Sequence record: OL362275.1
Source: Escherichia phage HC12
Length of the DNA stretch: 39,342 bases
Direction: 5' to 3' (one strand)
In this document: positions 7,904 to 17,732 of the stretch, in pieces
How the letters are laid out: every line of letters starts with the position of its first letter
Position numbering within the stretch: the first letter of the stretch is position 1
The notes under the pieces: generated by a model
Told to the model about the DNA's origin: nothing
The model's database searches: none
Seen by the model: the letters and a program-made list of their open reading frames with translations, nothing else
Position numbers and translations under genes: made by a program

Positions 7904-8164
7904 ATGTTTAAGAACTTAATGTTCAATCGTTATACCAGTACATTCCACCTGTCTAACAACCCGTTCGCTTGCATTAAGCGCAACGAGAAGCTGGGATACT
8001 TCGGGAAGGCCGTTAAGCTGTCACCTACAGTCTATGCTCTGATTACTCACGGCAAAGCTGAAGAGGCTCGCCAGAAGCGTGATACCGACGTACCTGTGGT
8101 ATACACCAAGTGGCCTCGCGTTCGTCTGTTTATTGAGTTCGTGAAGGAGGTGATCAATGGTTAA
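7904..8164 (+). CDS. Hypothetical protein (gene 1.6 position)
   Basis: In-frame ATG with AAGGAGG RBS downstream of the promoter; the track start at 7850 lies inside the promoter. Confidence 0.6.
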   Translation: MFKNLMFNRYTSTFHLSNNPFACIKRNEKLGYFGKAVKLSPTVYALITHGKAEEARQKRDTDVPVVYTKWPRVRLFIEFVKEVING

Positions 8165-8600
8165 GGTGGGGGATACAGTTAACTATGTTGGACCAGTTGG
8201 AGCGCACGCGGGACGCTCCTGTGGCAAGGTGATATTGGTTAAGAATGAGCATGTAGCTGTTGTTAAGTGGCCCCGTTTATCTGAACCACTCACTCACTCC
8301 ATTAGTTCCTTAAGTATTACCAAGCAGGCGCAGTCCGAGCCGACAACCATAGGTCAGGAAGATAGCGTCCGTAAGCCATCTCACTATCAGGTCTTTGACG
8401 GCGTGGAGTCCATTGAGATTATCGCTCGGTCCATGACTGTCAGTGAGTTCCGTGGCTTCTGCATGGGTAACGTCCTTAAGTATCGACTCCGGGCTGGTAA
8501 GAAGTCAGAGCTGGCGACTATGGAGAAGGACCTGAACAAAGCTGCCTTTTATCAGGAGCTGTTCGACCTACATAAAGGTAAGTGCTATGCTGCCGAGTGA
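8157..8600 (+). CDS. 1.7: gp1.7-like protein (nucleotide kinase family in T7)
   Basis: C-terminal 75 aa [73 protein letters not shown] align almost residue-for-residue with the T7 gp1.7 C-terminus. N-terminal half is different and shorter than in T7. Confidence 0.8.
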   Translation: MVKVGDTVNYVGPVGAHAGRSCGKVILVKNEHVAVVKWPRLSEPLTHSISSLSITKQAQSEPTTIGQEDSVRKPSHYQVFDGVESIEIIARSMTVSEFRGFCMGNVLKYRLRAGKKSELATMEKDLNKAAFYQELFDLHKGKCYAAE

Positions 8601-8682
8601 GTGGTGCGAGCGTAAATTTGAGGAGACAGGTAACGTCGATTACCTTCAGCTCTACAACTTATGGAAGGAGCGTGGTCTATGA
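8587..8682 (+). CDS. Hypothetical small protein (31 aa; gene 1.8 position)
   Basis: Hand-translated [31 protein letters not shown]. Stop overlaps the gp2 start. Confidence 0.3.
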   Translation: MLPSEWCERKFEETGNVDYLQLYNLWKERGL

Positions 8683-8837
8683 CTGACGTAGAGAAGAAAT
8701 ACATCGTTGAGCTTGAGGGTCGCGTTCAGTCCTTCGAGGTTCCGTTGTACGCAAAGTCTCTAGAAGAGGCTACCCTGAAGTCCCAAGAGTATGAGGACGC
8801 TGGTTTTGTGGTCGGACGGATTCGTCCTGAGACCTAA
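8679..8837 (+). CDS. 2: Gp2-like inhibitor of host RNA polymerase
   Basis: Hand-translated 52-aa [55 protein letters not shown]. Aligns with T7 Gp2 ([34 protein letters not shown]). Absent from the track (under 60 aa). Confidence 0.75.
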   Translation: MTDVEKKYIVELEGRVQSFEVPLYAKSLEEATLKSQEYEDAGFVVGRIRPET

Positions 8838-8855
8838 ACTATCACTGTAGGACAG
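8833..8855 (+). promoter_or_regulatory. Phage RNA polymerase promoter (phi2.5-like), variant CACTGTAGG core
   Basis: CTAAACTATCACTGTAGGACAGA; -3 is G instead of A. Confidence 0.6.
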
Positions 8856-8895
8856 ACGTCCAGTTAGTAACTTTTAAATTAGGAGATTTACACCG

Positions 8896-9588
8896 ATGGC
8901 TAAAGAGCAACTGAAGACTTTCACCACTCCGGTAGCTGGTATCGTTGAGCCTTACGCATGGCTGAACAAAGCAGACACCAAGTTTAATGAACGTGGTGAG
9001 CATAAGGTTAACCTGACGTTCGACCTGAGCGACCCGAAGGTCCGTAAGATGATTGATGTCTTACAGAAGATTCACGACGATGCGTATGCGAAAGCACTCG
9101 CAGACCACGAGAAGAACCCACCTCAGGTTCAGCGTGGCAAGAAGCCTATTGAACCACGTGAAGGCGACATGCCGTGGATTGAGAATGGTGACGGTACTGT
9201 TACCCTTAAGTTTAAATGCTTTGCGTCTTACCTGAAAGACGGCAAGTCCGAGCCTATCTTATTACGGTTCTACGACACCGATGCTAAACTCATCCGTGAC
9301 GTCCCGAATATTAGCGCTGGCTCCAAACTGAAGGTCAAGTTTAAAGTCCTGCCGTTCAAGTGGAACGCTGCGACCGGTGCAAGCGTTAAGCTCCAGCTTG
9401 AGTCCTGCCTTCTTGTAGAACTGAAGGAGTGGAAAGGTGCTGGTGGTGATGGTGGCTGGGGTGATGATGAAGACCTTGGTACTGGCTACAAAGCGCCAAC
9501 CGATGGTGACTTCGGGTCTGATGCCTTCGGTGACGATGGTTCCGAAGGTGGTGACGACTCCAGCTCTGGTGGCGATTACGACTTCTAA
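8896..9588 (+). CDS. 2.5: Single-stranded DNA-binding protein
   Basis: 230 aa aligning with T7 gp2.5 (AEPYA..., GKKP..P.EGDMP, KLKVK, ASVKLQLES) with acidic C-terminal tail ending in F. Confidence 0.95.
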   Translation: MAKEQLKTFTTPVAGIVEPYAWLNKADTKFNERGEHKVNLTFDLSDPKVRKMIDVLQKIHDDAYAKALADHEKNPPQVQRGKKPIEPREGDMPWIENGDGTVTLKFKCFASYLKDGKSEPILLRFYDTDAKLIRDVPNISAGSKLKVKFKVLPFKWNAATGASVKLQLESCLLVELKEWKGAGGDGGWGDDEDLGTGYKAPTDGDFGSDAFGDDGSEGGDDSSSGGDYDF

Positions 9589-10040
9589 TGGCCCAATGGT
9601 CTGCAAAACGGGGGCACTCTGTGGGTGCCTACCGCTCTGGACTTGAAGCCAAGAACCAGCAGTGGCTGGAACAGAACGGCGTCAAAGCGGAGTACGAAAG
9701 CCATTATATCAACTATGTGATTCCGGCTTCCGACCACAAGTACACACCAGATTTTATCCTTCCTAACGGTATCATCGTGGAGACCAAAGGTATCTTCGAT
9801 AGTGATGACCGTAAGAAGCACCTTCTGGTACGAGAACAGCACCCAGAGTTAGACATCCGTTTCGTGTTCTCAAGTTCACGCTCCAAGTTATACAAAGGGT
9901 CTCCAACCACGTATGGCGCATGGTGCGAAAAGAACGGCTATAAGTATGCCGATAAATTCATCCCGGTTGAGTGGCTTAGAGAGGCGACTGTACGTCTGCC
10001 TTCAGGTATACTCATCCCCAAGAAGAAAGGAGTTAAGTGA
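9588..10040 (+). CDS. 3: Endonuclease I (Holliday junction resolvase)
   Basis: 150 aa, near-colinear with T7 gp3: YTPDFILPNGIIVETKG (PD...ExK), HLLVREQHPELDIRFVFSSSRSKLYKGSPTTYG. Confidence 0.95.
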   Translation: MAQWSAKRGHSVGAYRSGLEAKNQQWLEQNGVKAEYESHYINYVIPASDHKYTPDFILPNGIIVETKGIFDSDDRKKHLLVREQHPELDIRFVFSSSRSKLYKGSPTTYGAWCEKNGYKYADKFIPVEWLREATVRLPSGILIPKKKGVK

Positions 10041-10531
10041 TGAGCAAGAAGTTTAAACTGTTAGTAGATGCGCATGGCTGGCCTAGTGGGACTATAGTTA
10101 CCAAGTGTGAGAATGACCCCGTACCAGATTCAAGAATGACCCTAGTTGAGTGCCAGATTCCAGGCGCATACAAACATGGGTCTAACGGCTGCAATACTCA
10201 GCCTGAGGGTATGTGGGGAGCATGGGTCCTTAATTGGAAACTTGAGGAAATCAAGCCGGAAGAGAAACTCACTGGTGTCCAAACCACTCAAGTCCTGCCA
10301 GCTTCGAGCGTACCGCCTGTGACTTTGAAGCGTGAAGTCCTGACCATCGACAAGATTGGTGTAGGCCAGACGTTCATCGTCCATGGAAAGCCTGAAGAAG
10401 TTTACGTGAAGATTAGCAACTCACACGTCTTCAACCATAAGCATCTCCAGATGCACACCACGGACGCACAACGCTTCACCCAGCACCTGAATCTGGTTGT
10501 CGTAGAATTGGTGGTGTACAATGGTAAGTAA
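10040..10531 (+). CDS. Hypothetical protein inserted between endonuclease I and lysozyme
   Basis: 163-aa ORF; ATG overlaps the gene 3 stop (TGATG). No counterpart at this position in T7. No motif recognised. Confidence 0.65.
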   Translation: MSKKFKLLVDAHGWPSGTIVTKCENDPVPDSRMTLVECQIPGAYKHGSNGCNTQPEGMWGAWVLNWKLEEIKPEEKLTGVQTTQVLPASSVPPVTLKREVLTIDKIGVGQTFIVHGKPEEVYVKISNSHVFNHKHLQMHTTDAQRFTQHLNLVVVELVVYNGK

Positions 10532-10979
10532 GGTACAGTTCAATCCACGGTCCCGGACCGACGCTATCTTCGTACACTGTTCGGCTACCAAGCCAGAGAT
10601 GGACATCGGGGTAGAGACCATCCGTATGTGGCACAAGCAGCAAGGCTGGCTGGACGTAGGCTACCACTTTATCATCAAGCGCGATGGCACTGTGGAAGAG
10701 GGACGCCCGGTCAATGTCGTAGGGTCACACGTTAAGGACTGGAACTCACGGTCTGTAGGCGTCTGCCTTGTAGGTGGAATTGACGCTAAGGGCAAGTTTG
10801 AAGCTAACTTCACTCCGGCCCAGATGAACTCCCTGCGCAACAAGCTGGCTGACCTGAAGGACTTGTATCCTCAGGCAGAAATCAAATCACATCATGACGT
10901 AGCACCAAAGGCGTGTCCAAGTTTCGACTTGCAACGCTGGCTGTCTACCAATGAACTGGTCACTTCCGACCGAGGCTAA
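10521..10979 (+). CDS. 3.5: N-acetylmuramoyl-L-alanine amidase (T7 lysozyme)
   Basis: 152 aa, near-colinear with T7 gp3.5: TDAIFVHCSATKP, GWLDVGYHFIIKRDGTVE, HHDVAPKACPSFDL, C-terminal ELVTSDRG. Confidence 0.95.
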   Translation: MVSKVQFNPRSRTDAIFVHCSATKPEMDIGVETIRMWHKQQGWLDVGYHFIIKRDGTVEEGRPVNVVGSHVKDWNSRSVGVCLVGGIDAKGKFEANFTPAQMNSLRNKLADLKDLYPQAEIKSHHDVAPKACPSFDLQRWLSTNELVTSDRG

Positions 10980-10997
10980 ACTATCACCGTAGGGATG
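10975..10997 (+). promoter_or_regulatory. Phage RNA polymerase promoter, variant CACCGTAGGG core
   Basis: GCTAAACTATCACCGTAGGGATG; two core substitutions relative to the consensus. Confidence 0.55.
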
Positions 10998-11042
10998 AGA
11001 CCACGAGTCTTGTCCCTTTGTTCGCATTTGAGATTAAGAAAT

Positions 11043-11121
11043 GTCTCCATAGCTCAAACGGTAGAGCGGCGGGTCGTGATGGCCTATTGCGATTAGGGTT
11101 CGAATCCCCGTGGAGACGCCA
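11043..11121 (+). tRNA. tRNA-like element (canonical acceptor, D and T arms, encoded CCA; anticodon arm non-canonical)
   Basis: GTCTCCA...TGGAGAC perfect 7-bp acceptor stem. D arm GCTC-AAACGGTA-GAGC with G18G19. T arm with GGTTCGAATCC. Discriminator G then CCA. The 26 nt between the D and T arms do not form a clean 5-bp anticodon stem; best fold gives loop GTCGTGA (anticodon CGU, Thr) with an imperfect stem. Confidence 0.45.
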
Positions 11122-11132
11122 CTAAGGAGTGA

Positions 11133-12836
<1,704 letters not shown>

Positions 12837-12878
12837 TCGGGACATCGCTGACTATAAGAATTTTACGGAGGACCGTTA

Positions 12879-13043
12879 GTGTTAAAGAAACTTAAAGCTC
12901 GCTACCATCGGTTCATGTACAAATGGTGGAGCGACGAAGCAACCTGCCTGTCGAACATTCTGGGAGACCAGCGGTTCAACTCTGAGGCATGGAAGAAAGC
13001 TAACCGGAAGTTCATGTATCACTTCTTGCGTACAGACTTCTAG
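12879..13043 (+). CDS. Hypothetical small protein (54 aa, GTG start)
   Basis: GGAGGA RBS 6 nt upstream of GTG. Hand translation (M)LKKLKARYHRFMYKWWSDEATCLSNILGDQRFNSEAWKKANRKFMYHFLRTDF. Position of T7 genes 4.3/4.5. Confidence 0.45.
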   Translation: MLKKLKARYHRFMYKWWSDEATCLSNILGDQRFNSEAWKKANRKFMYHFLRTDF

Positions 13044-13045
13044 GT

Positions 13046-13090
13046 CTAGACTCAAGGTCATTCACATAGAGTGGCCTTTATGATTAGACT
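13046..13090 (+). promoter_or_regulatory. RNase III-type processing hairpin (R4.7-like)
   Basis: CTAGACTCAAGGTCATTCACATAGAGTGGCCTTTATGATTAGAC, second copy of the conserved element, upstream of the DNA polymerase gene. Confidence 0.55.
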
Positions 13091-13106
13091 AAACGGAGGA
13101 TTAACC

Positions 13107-15278
13107 ATGTTTGACCTTAAGAGTATCTGGGGTTCTGACATCGAGACCAACGGTCTCCTTGATACAGTCTCCCAGTTTCACTGTGGGGTCCTGATTAACG
13201 CCGAGTCGAATGAGACCCTTAAGTATGGGGTAGCTCCGATGGTCGGTATCGTCGGTGGCTTCAAAGAGTATGTGCAGAAGGTGGAAGAGATTGCCGCATC
13301 ACCTGATGGTATGCTGGTATTCCACAACGGTATCAACTATGACGTCCCGGCTATTGACAAGCTGAAGCGTCTGTACTTCGGGAAACGCTTTAACTTCCCG
13401 AAACACAAGATGATTGATACCTTGGTGCTGGGTCGCTTGATGTATCCCAACATTAAGTTCTCAGACATGGGCGCGGTGAAAGCTGGTCGTCTGCCTCCTA
13501 AGATGATGGGACGCCAGTCTCTTGAGGCTTGGGGTTATCGTCTCGGTGAGATGAAGGGTGAGTACAAACACGATTACGTTGCCAAGTGCAAGGCAGAAGG
13601 TATCGAATATAAGGCTGGGGACGAATGGTTGTTCCCGTCTCAGGAGATGCTGGACTATAACGTTCAGGACGTTGTGGTCACACTGGCGTTGTTCAAGAAG
13701 TTCCTGACTGACAAGTATTACTTCCAGTCTGAACAGTTCGCTTTCGACCAGATTTATGCGTTGCGTCTGGAACATGATGCTGCGTGGACCTGTGCGAAGA
13801 TGGAACGTAACGGCTATCCGATGAACACCGAGATGGTCGAAGGTTTATATCGTGAACTCACCGTCAAACGTGCAGAGCTGTTGGACAAGCTGCGTTCGAC
13901 TTTCGGCAGCTGGTACGCACCAAAGGGAGGCAAGGAGTTCTTCAAGCACCCACGGACAGGCAAGGACCTTCCGAAGTATCCGCGAGTCGTGTATCCTAAG
14001 GTCGGGTCAGTATTCAAGAAGCCGAAGAACAAAGCTCAACGCTTAGGTCTGGAGCCTTGCGAGTTCGACTCACGAGACACGATGGAAGGAGCACCGTTCA
14101 CGCCAATCACTTACGTTGAGTTTAATCCGGGAAGCGGAGACCACTTAGCGAAAGTCTTGATGGAGCGTGGTTGGGAGCCTGTGGACTTCACTGACACTGG
14201 GAAACCTGTAGTCGATGACGAGACGTTAGAACACGTTAAGCTACCAGACGCAGAGGCTCAGGCTTGCGTAGAGCTGGTCCGTGAGTATCTGGTAGTCCAG
14301 AAGCGCATCGGTCAGGCGGCTGAAGGTAAGAACGCATGGTTGAAACTTGTAGGTCCAGACGGACGTATGCACGGCTCAATAAACCCATGCGGGGCAGTAA
14401 CCGGACGTGCGACCCATAGTTCACCAAACATGGCTCAGGTACCTGCTAACGGTGCTCCGTATGGTGAGACTTGCCGTGGTGCTTTCGGTGCAGCGTGGAA
14501 CAAGAAGGACGGCAAGCCAGACCCTTGGATTCAAGTTGGTGTGGATGCCTCAGGTCTTGAGCTTCGTTGTCTTGGGAACAGAGCGGCTCCGTTTGATGGT
14601 GGTGCCTATGCGAAGACTGTGGTCGAAGGTGACATCCACTGGGCCAACGCAGTAAACGCTGGGTTAGCACCTAACGTCCAACGCGATAAGTCTAACCACG
14701 ACCATGAGGCTTTCCGTAACAACGCTAAGACGTTCATCTACGCGTTCCTGTATGGTGCAGGGGCCGCTAAGATTGGACTGATAGTAGGCGGTGGTAAGAA
14801 GGAAGGTTCAGCGCTCATGAAGAAATTCATTGAGGGTACACCAGCTATCAAGGACCTCAGGGAAGCTGTGCAGAACACGCTCATCTCTGAGTCCAAATGG
14901 GTAGACGGTGAGAACATCGTGAAGTGGAAACGCCGCTGGCTGAAAGGTCTGGACGGTCGACGCATCCACATCCGGTCGCCACACTCAGCACTGAACGCCT
15001 TACTTCAAGGTGATGGTGCGGTAGTCTGTAAGCACTGGATTGTTGAGACTGAACGTATGCTTGAAGCCGAAGGATATGTCCACGGCTGGGATGGAGACTT
15101 TGCGTACATGGCATGGGTGCACGATGAGCTACAAATTGCCTGTAAAAACAAGGACTTAGCAGAACGCGTAGTAGAAATTGCTCAACTTGCTATGCGTAAG
15201 GTTGGTGAGTTCTATAACTTTAAATGTGTGTTAGACACGGAGGGTAAAATTGGACCAACGTGGAAAGAATGCCATTGA
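13107..15278 (+). CDS. 5: DNA polymerase (family A, T7-type)
   Basis: Colinear with T7 gp5: exo motif DIETNGL, FHNGINYDVPA, pol motifs GRATHSSPNMAQVP and VHDELQ. Start set to ATG 13107 (GGAGGA RBS); the track start at 13071 is GTG inside the hairpin. Confidence 0.97.
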   Translation: MFDLKSIWGSDIETNGLLDTVSQFHCGVLINAESNETLKYGVAPMVGIVGGFKEYVQKVEEIAASPDGMLVFHNGINYDVPAIDKLKRLYFGKRFNFPKHKMIDTLVLGRLMYPNIKFSDMGAVKAGRLPPKMMGRQSLEAWGYRLGEMKGEYKHDYVAKCKAEGIEYKAGDEWLFPSQEMLDYNVQDVVVTLALFKKFLTDKYYFQSEQFAFDQIYALRLEHDAAWTCAKMERNGYPMNTEMVEGLYRELTVKRAELLDKLRSTFGSWYAPKGGKEFFKHPRTGKDLPKYPRVVYPKVGSVFKKPKNKAQRLGLEPCEFDSRDTMEGAPFTPITYVEFNPGSGDHLAKVLMERGWEPVDFTDTGKPVVDDETLEHVKLPDAEAQACVELVREYLVVQKRIGQAAEGKNAWLKLVGPDGRMHGSINPCGAVTGRATHSSPNMAQVPANGAPYGETCRGAFGAAWNKKDGKPDPWIQVGVDASGLELRCLGNRAAPFDGGAYAKTVVEGDIHWANAVNAGLAPNVQRDKSNHDHEAFRNNAKTFIYAFLYGAGAAKIGLIVGGGKKEGSALMKKFIEGTPAIKDLREAVQNTLISESKWVDGENIVKWKRRWLKGLDGRRIHIRSPHSALNALLQGDGAVVCKHWIVETERMLEAEGYVHGWDGDFAYMAWVHDELQIACKNKDLAERVVEIAQLAMRKVGEFYNFKCVLDTEGKIGPTWKECH

Positions 15279-15666
15279 CGGAAAGTCCCTGCATTATACA
15301 GGTGCTGCGAGCGAGTTGTATGCGAGCTACCGACTGACGGCTATGGGACACCAAGTCTTCCTACCTGCGTTCACCCAGTCCAAAGCGGACTTAGTGGTGG
15401 ATATCAACGGGACCCTTATGAGGGTTCAGGTGAAAACTGGGACCAAGCTGAAGAACTGTAATAGCATTCAGGTCCGGCTTGGTGGGTGCGGTAAGCCAAC
15501 TTACAGTCCTGGAGACATCGACCTACTAGCGGTTGTCTATCAGGATTTGCTCTGGCTTATACCGTTCACTGAAGAGGTTAGAGTCAAGACCTCTATGTGT
15601 ATAAACTTAACGTCTGACAAGAAGTACGGACAATTTAAACAGGAGAAGACTAATGGCTATTACTAA
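15250..15666 (+). CDS. Hypothetical protein, possible PD-(D/E)xK-like nuclease fold
   Basis: 138-aa ORF overlapping the last 29 nt of gene 5. TTG start with GGAGGG RBS (alternative internal ATG at 15343). Segment ADLVVDINGTLMRVQVKTG resembles the D...(E/Q)xK core of Hjc-type resolvases; weak by-eye inference. Confidence 0.5.
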   Translation: MDQRGKNAIDGKSLHYTGAASELYASYRLTAMGHQVFLPAFTQSKADLVVDINGTLMRVQVKTGTKLKNCNSIQVRLGGCGKPTYSPGDIDLLAVVYQDLLWLIPFTEEVRVKTSMCINLTSDKKYGQFKQEKTNGYY

Positions 15667-15937
15667 ACGTATTCGTGTGAGTTTTGATCTGAAGATGGTT
15701 GTTAACTCAAAGGAAGAAGATACCATGTGTCGCCAACTGGCTGAGATGACTAAAGCCTACGCTGAGGGTGAGGAGCTGGATGGTCTTCAGTTGGCTATGG
15801 TAAAAACCGCAATCGAGTCAGGCCCTGAGTCTGCCCTTGAAATTGCCCTCAAGAAGACCATCAAGGAGGAGCTGGTAGACGACTTTGGTTATGGCCAGTT
15901 CGGAGTATCTAACCTGCGATTCGAGGTCAAGCAATGA
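15653..15937 (+). CDS. 5.5: gp5.5-like protein
   Basis: RBS AGGAG. N-terminus MAITKRIRVSFDL resembles T7 gp5.5; position conserved. Confidence 0.65.
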   Translation: MAITKRIRVSFDLKMVVNSKEEDTMCRQLAEMTKAYAEGEELDGLQLAMVKTAIESGPESALEIALKKTIKEELVDDFGYGQFGVSNLRFEVKQ

Positions 15938-16143
15938 GTGAATACTTACGGGTCCTAGCGGCCCTTAAGTCCTGCCCGAAGACCTTCCAGTCCAACTACG
16001 TGCGCAACAATGCGGCACTGGTGGCTGAGGCTGCGAGTCGTGGACATCTGAGCTGTCTGTCTATGGACGGGCGTAACAACGGTGCGTGGGAGATTACCGC
16101 TGCTGGCACCAAGTTCCTGAACCAACATGGAGGATGCCTGTGA
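15934..16143 (+). CDS. 5.7: gp5.7-like protein
   Basis: 69 aa, near-colinear with T7 gp5.7: LKSCPKTFQSNYVRNNAALVAEAASRGHLSCL...GAWEITAAGTKFL. Confidence 0.85.
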   Translation: MSEYLRVLAALKSCPKTFQSNYVRNNAALVAEAASRGHLSCLSMDGRNNGAWEITAAGTKFLNQHGGCL

Positions 16144-17006
16144 GCGAAAAGAAAATAGCTCTGGTTCTTGATGGTGACTATCTGGTCTTCTCTTCTATGG
16201 CTGCTTCCGAGGACGAGACTGACTGGGGCGATGACATCTGGACCCTTATCTGCGACCATGAGAAGGCTCGTCGCATCCTTGAGAACACCATCGCTGAAAT
16301 CGTTAAGAAGCGCAAGGCGTGGAAAGACGCTAAGATTGTGATGTGCTTCACTGACGATTACAACTGGCGTAAGGACGTCCTGCCTACCTATAAGGCCAAC
16401 CGTAAAGGTTCTCGCAAGCCTGTAGGTTACAAGAAGTTCGTAGCCGAAGTGATGGCTGACCCACGGTTCAACAGCTTCCTGCGTCCTACGCTTGAAGGCG
16501 ATGATTGTATGGGTATCATCGGGACCAGACCTCAGATTGTAGGCTGTGACCATGCTGTTCTGGTGTCCTGTGATAAGGACTTCAAGACCATCCCGAACTG
16601 TGAGTTCTTCTGGTTAACCACTGGTGAAATCCTGAGTCATACGACTGCTGAGGCAGACTACTGGCACATGGAGCAAACCATCAAGGGTGACACCACAGAT
16701 GGCTACGGTGGCATTCCGGGGATGGGTGAGGATACCACACGCGCGTTCCTTGACGAGCCGTACTACTTCGTACAGGAGAGCCGTGAGCTTAAGACTGGTA
16801 AGAACAAAGGCCAGATTAAGACTGAGTGGAAGAAGTATCCAAAGCGTGACGACATGACGCTGTGGGACTGCATGGTGACTCTGGCTGCTAAAGCTGGGAT
16901 GACCGAGGAGGAACTTCTTGTCCAAGCTCAGGTCGCTCGTATTTGTCGAGCCTCCGACTACGACCCTAAGTCCAAGGAGGTCATCCTATGGACACCATCC
17001 ATGTGA
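16134..17006 (+). CDS. 6: 5'-3' exonuclease
   Basis: Colinear with T7 gp6: LVLDGDYLVF, KANRKGSRKPVGY, SCDKDFKTIPNCEFFWLTTG, IKGDTTDGYGGIPG, WDCMVTLAAKAGMTEEEL. Start is ATG 16134 or GTG 16140 (GGAGG RBS favours GTG, overlapping the gp5.7 stop). Confidence 0.93.
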   Translation: MPVSEKKIALVLDGDYLVFSSMAASEDETDWGDDIWTLICDHEKARRILENTIAEIVKKRKAWKDAKIVMCFTDDYNWRKDVLPTYKANRKGSRKPVGYKKFVAEVMADPRFNSFLRPTLEGDDCMGIIGTRPQIVGCDHAVLVSCDKDFKTIPNCEFFWLTTGEILSHTTAEADYWHMEQTIKGDTTDGYGGIPGMGEDTTRAFLDEPYYFVQESRELKTGKNKGQIKTEWKKYPKRDDMTLWDCMVTLAAKAGMTEEELLVQAQVARICRASDYDPKSKEVILWTPSM

Positions 17007-17080
17007 TTTACTGGGCCGGACTTCTGGCCCTTTACTGCATGTACAAGTGGTTCGGGTCAAACAACCGTCCTAAACACTGA
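17003..17080 (+). CDS. Hypothetical small hydrophobic peptide (25 aa, GTG start overlapping the gene 6 stop)
   Basis: Hand translation (M)IYWAGLLALYCMYKWFGSNNRPKH. Speculative. Confidence 0.2.
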   Translation: MIYWAGLLALYCMYKWFGSNNRPKH

Positions 17081-17132
17081 GTCTAACCGATAGTCATATC
17101 CTATCAATCCAACAGTCATCCATAGGTGAAAC

Positions 17133-17155
17133 ACTAAACTATCACTATAGGGACT
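17133..17155 (+). promoter_or_regulatory. Phage RNA polymerase promoter (phi6.5-like)
   Basis: CACTAAACTATCACTATAGGGAC, +1 G at 17150. Confidence 0.7.
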
Positions 17156-17216
17156 TTATGACCTAAGATATGACTATAAGATATACTTTAGTCTTAACTT
17201 AAAGAGGAGATTCAAG

Positions 17217-17489
17217 ATGGCGATTAATGCTATTGAAAACGTTGTTAAGCAGTTACAGGAAGAAAGACTTGATGTCCCGAACATCTCACAGTCTGCCATC
17301 CAGTTCCTGCACGTATTGTTCAACGCAAGCTACGCTGAGAAGATGGGCGTTATCAGTCTCCTCAAGCAGCAAGGCTACAGCGATGCGTTCATTGCCGGGT
17401 TCATCAAGGGTCTCCAGTATTGCTCTGACACTCTCGACTCTGCGGTTGCTATGCGTCGTGAGCTGAAAGATACCGTTCAGTTTGATTAA
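17217..17489 (+). CDS. Hypothetical protein (gene 6.5 position)
   Basis: RBS AGAGGAG. 90-aa ORF directly after the promoter. Confidence 0.65.
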   Translation: MAINAIENVVKQLQEERLDVPNISQSAIQFLHVLFNASYAEKMGVISLLKQQGYSDAFIAGFIKGLQYCSDTLDSAVAMRRELKDTVQFD

Positions 17490-17503
17490 CTGTAGGAGGG
17501 ACT

Positions 17504-17728
17504 ATGTGTTTCAGTCCAAAGATTAGCACTCCGAAGCCTTCGGTCCAAGCACCTGAACCAGCACCCCTGAGTGAGGAAGTTGCGTCAGTTGACATCGGGG
17601 CTGAATCGGATGTGGACACCAACGAGACCAAAGGTATCAAAGACCTGAAGGTCAAGAAGGAGTCTGCACCTAAAGATAAATCGTCAGTTAGCCGCGCTAT
17701 GCGAGCCTCTGGCGTCAACATGGGGTAA
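17504..17728 (+). CDS. 6.7: gp6.7-like virion protein
   Basis: N-terminus MCFSPKISTPKP and EPAPLSEEV match T7 gp6.7 (MCFSPKIKTPK...EPAPLTQEV). RBS GGAGGG. Confidence 0.8.
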   Translation: MCFSPKISTPKPSVQAPEPAPLSEEVASVDIGAESDVDTNETKGIKDLKVKKESAPKDKSSVSRAMRASGVNMG

Positions 17729-17732
17729 GACA

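Noticed and set aside
9437-9646. 69-aa + strand alternate-frame ORF across the SSB/endonuclease junction
   Set aside because: Overlaps two conserved genes out of frame and has no RBS.
11043-11121. Calling the element a canonical tRNA-Thr gene
   Set aside because: Acceptor, D and T arms are canonical, but no clean 5-bp anticodon stem with a 7-nt loop can be drawn. Reported as tRNA-like rather than as a definite tRNA.
13071-13106. Track start codons for genes 5 (13071), 9 (20081) and 11 (22573)
   Set aside because: These upstream starts are GTG codons or sit inside hairpin/promoter elements. Downstream ATGs with strong Shine-Dalgarno sequences (13107, 20120, 22603) match the T7 N-termini and were used instead.
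15996-16553. 185-aa minus-strand ORF antisense to genes 5.7 and 6
   Set aside because: The whole genome is transcribed left to right on the + strand. The ORF is antisense to well-conserved genes with no promoter or RBS context.
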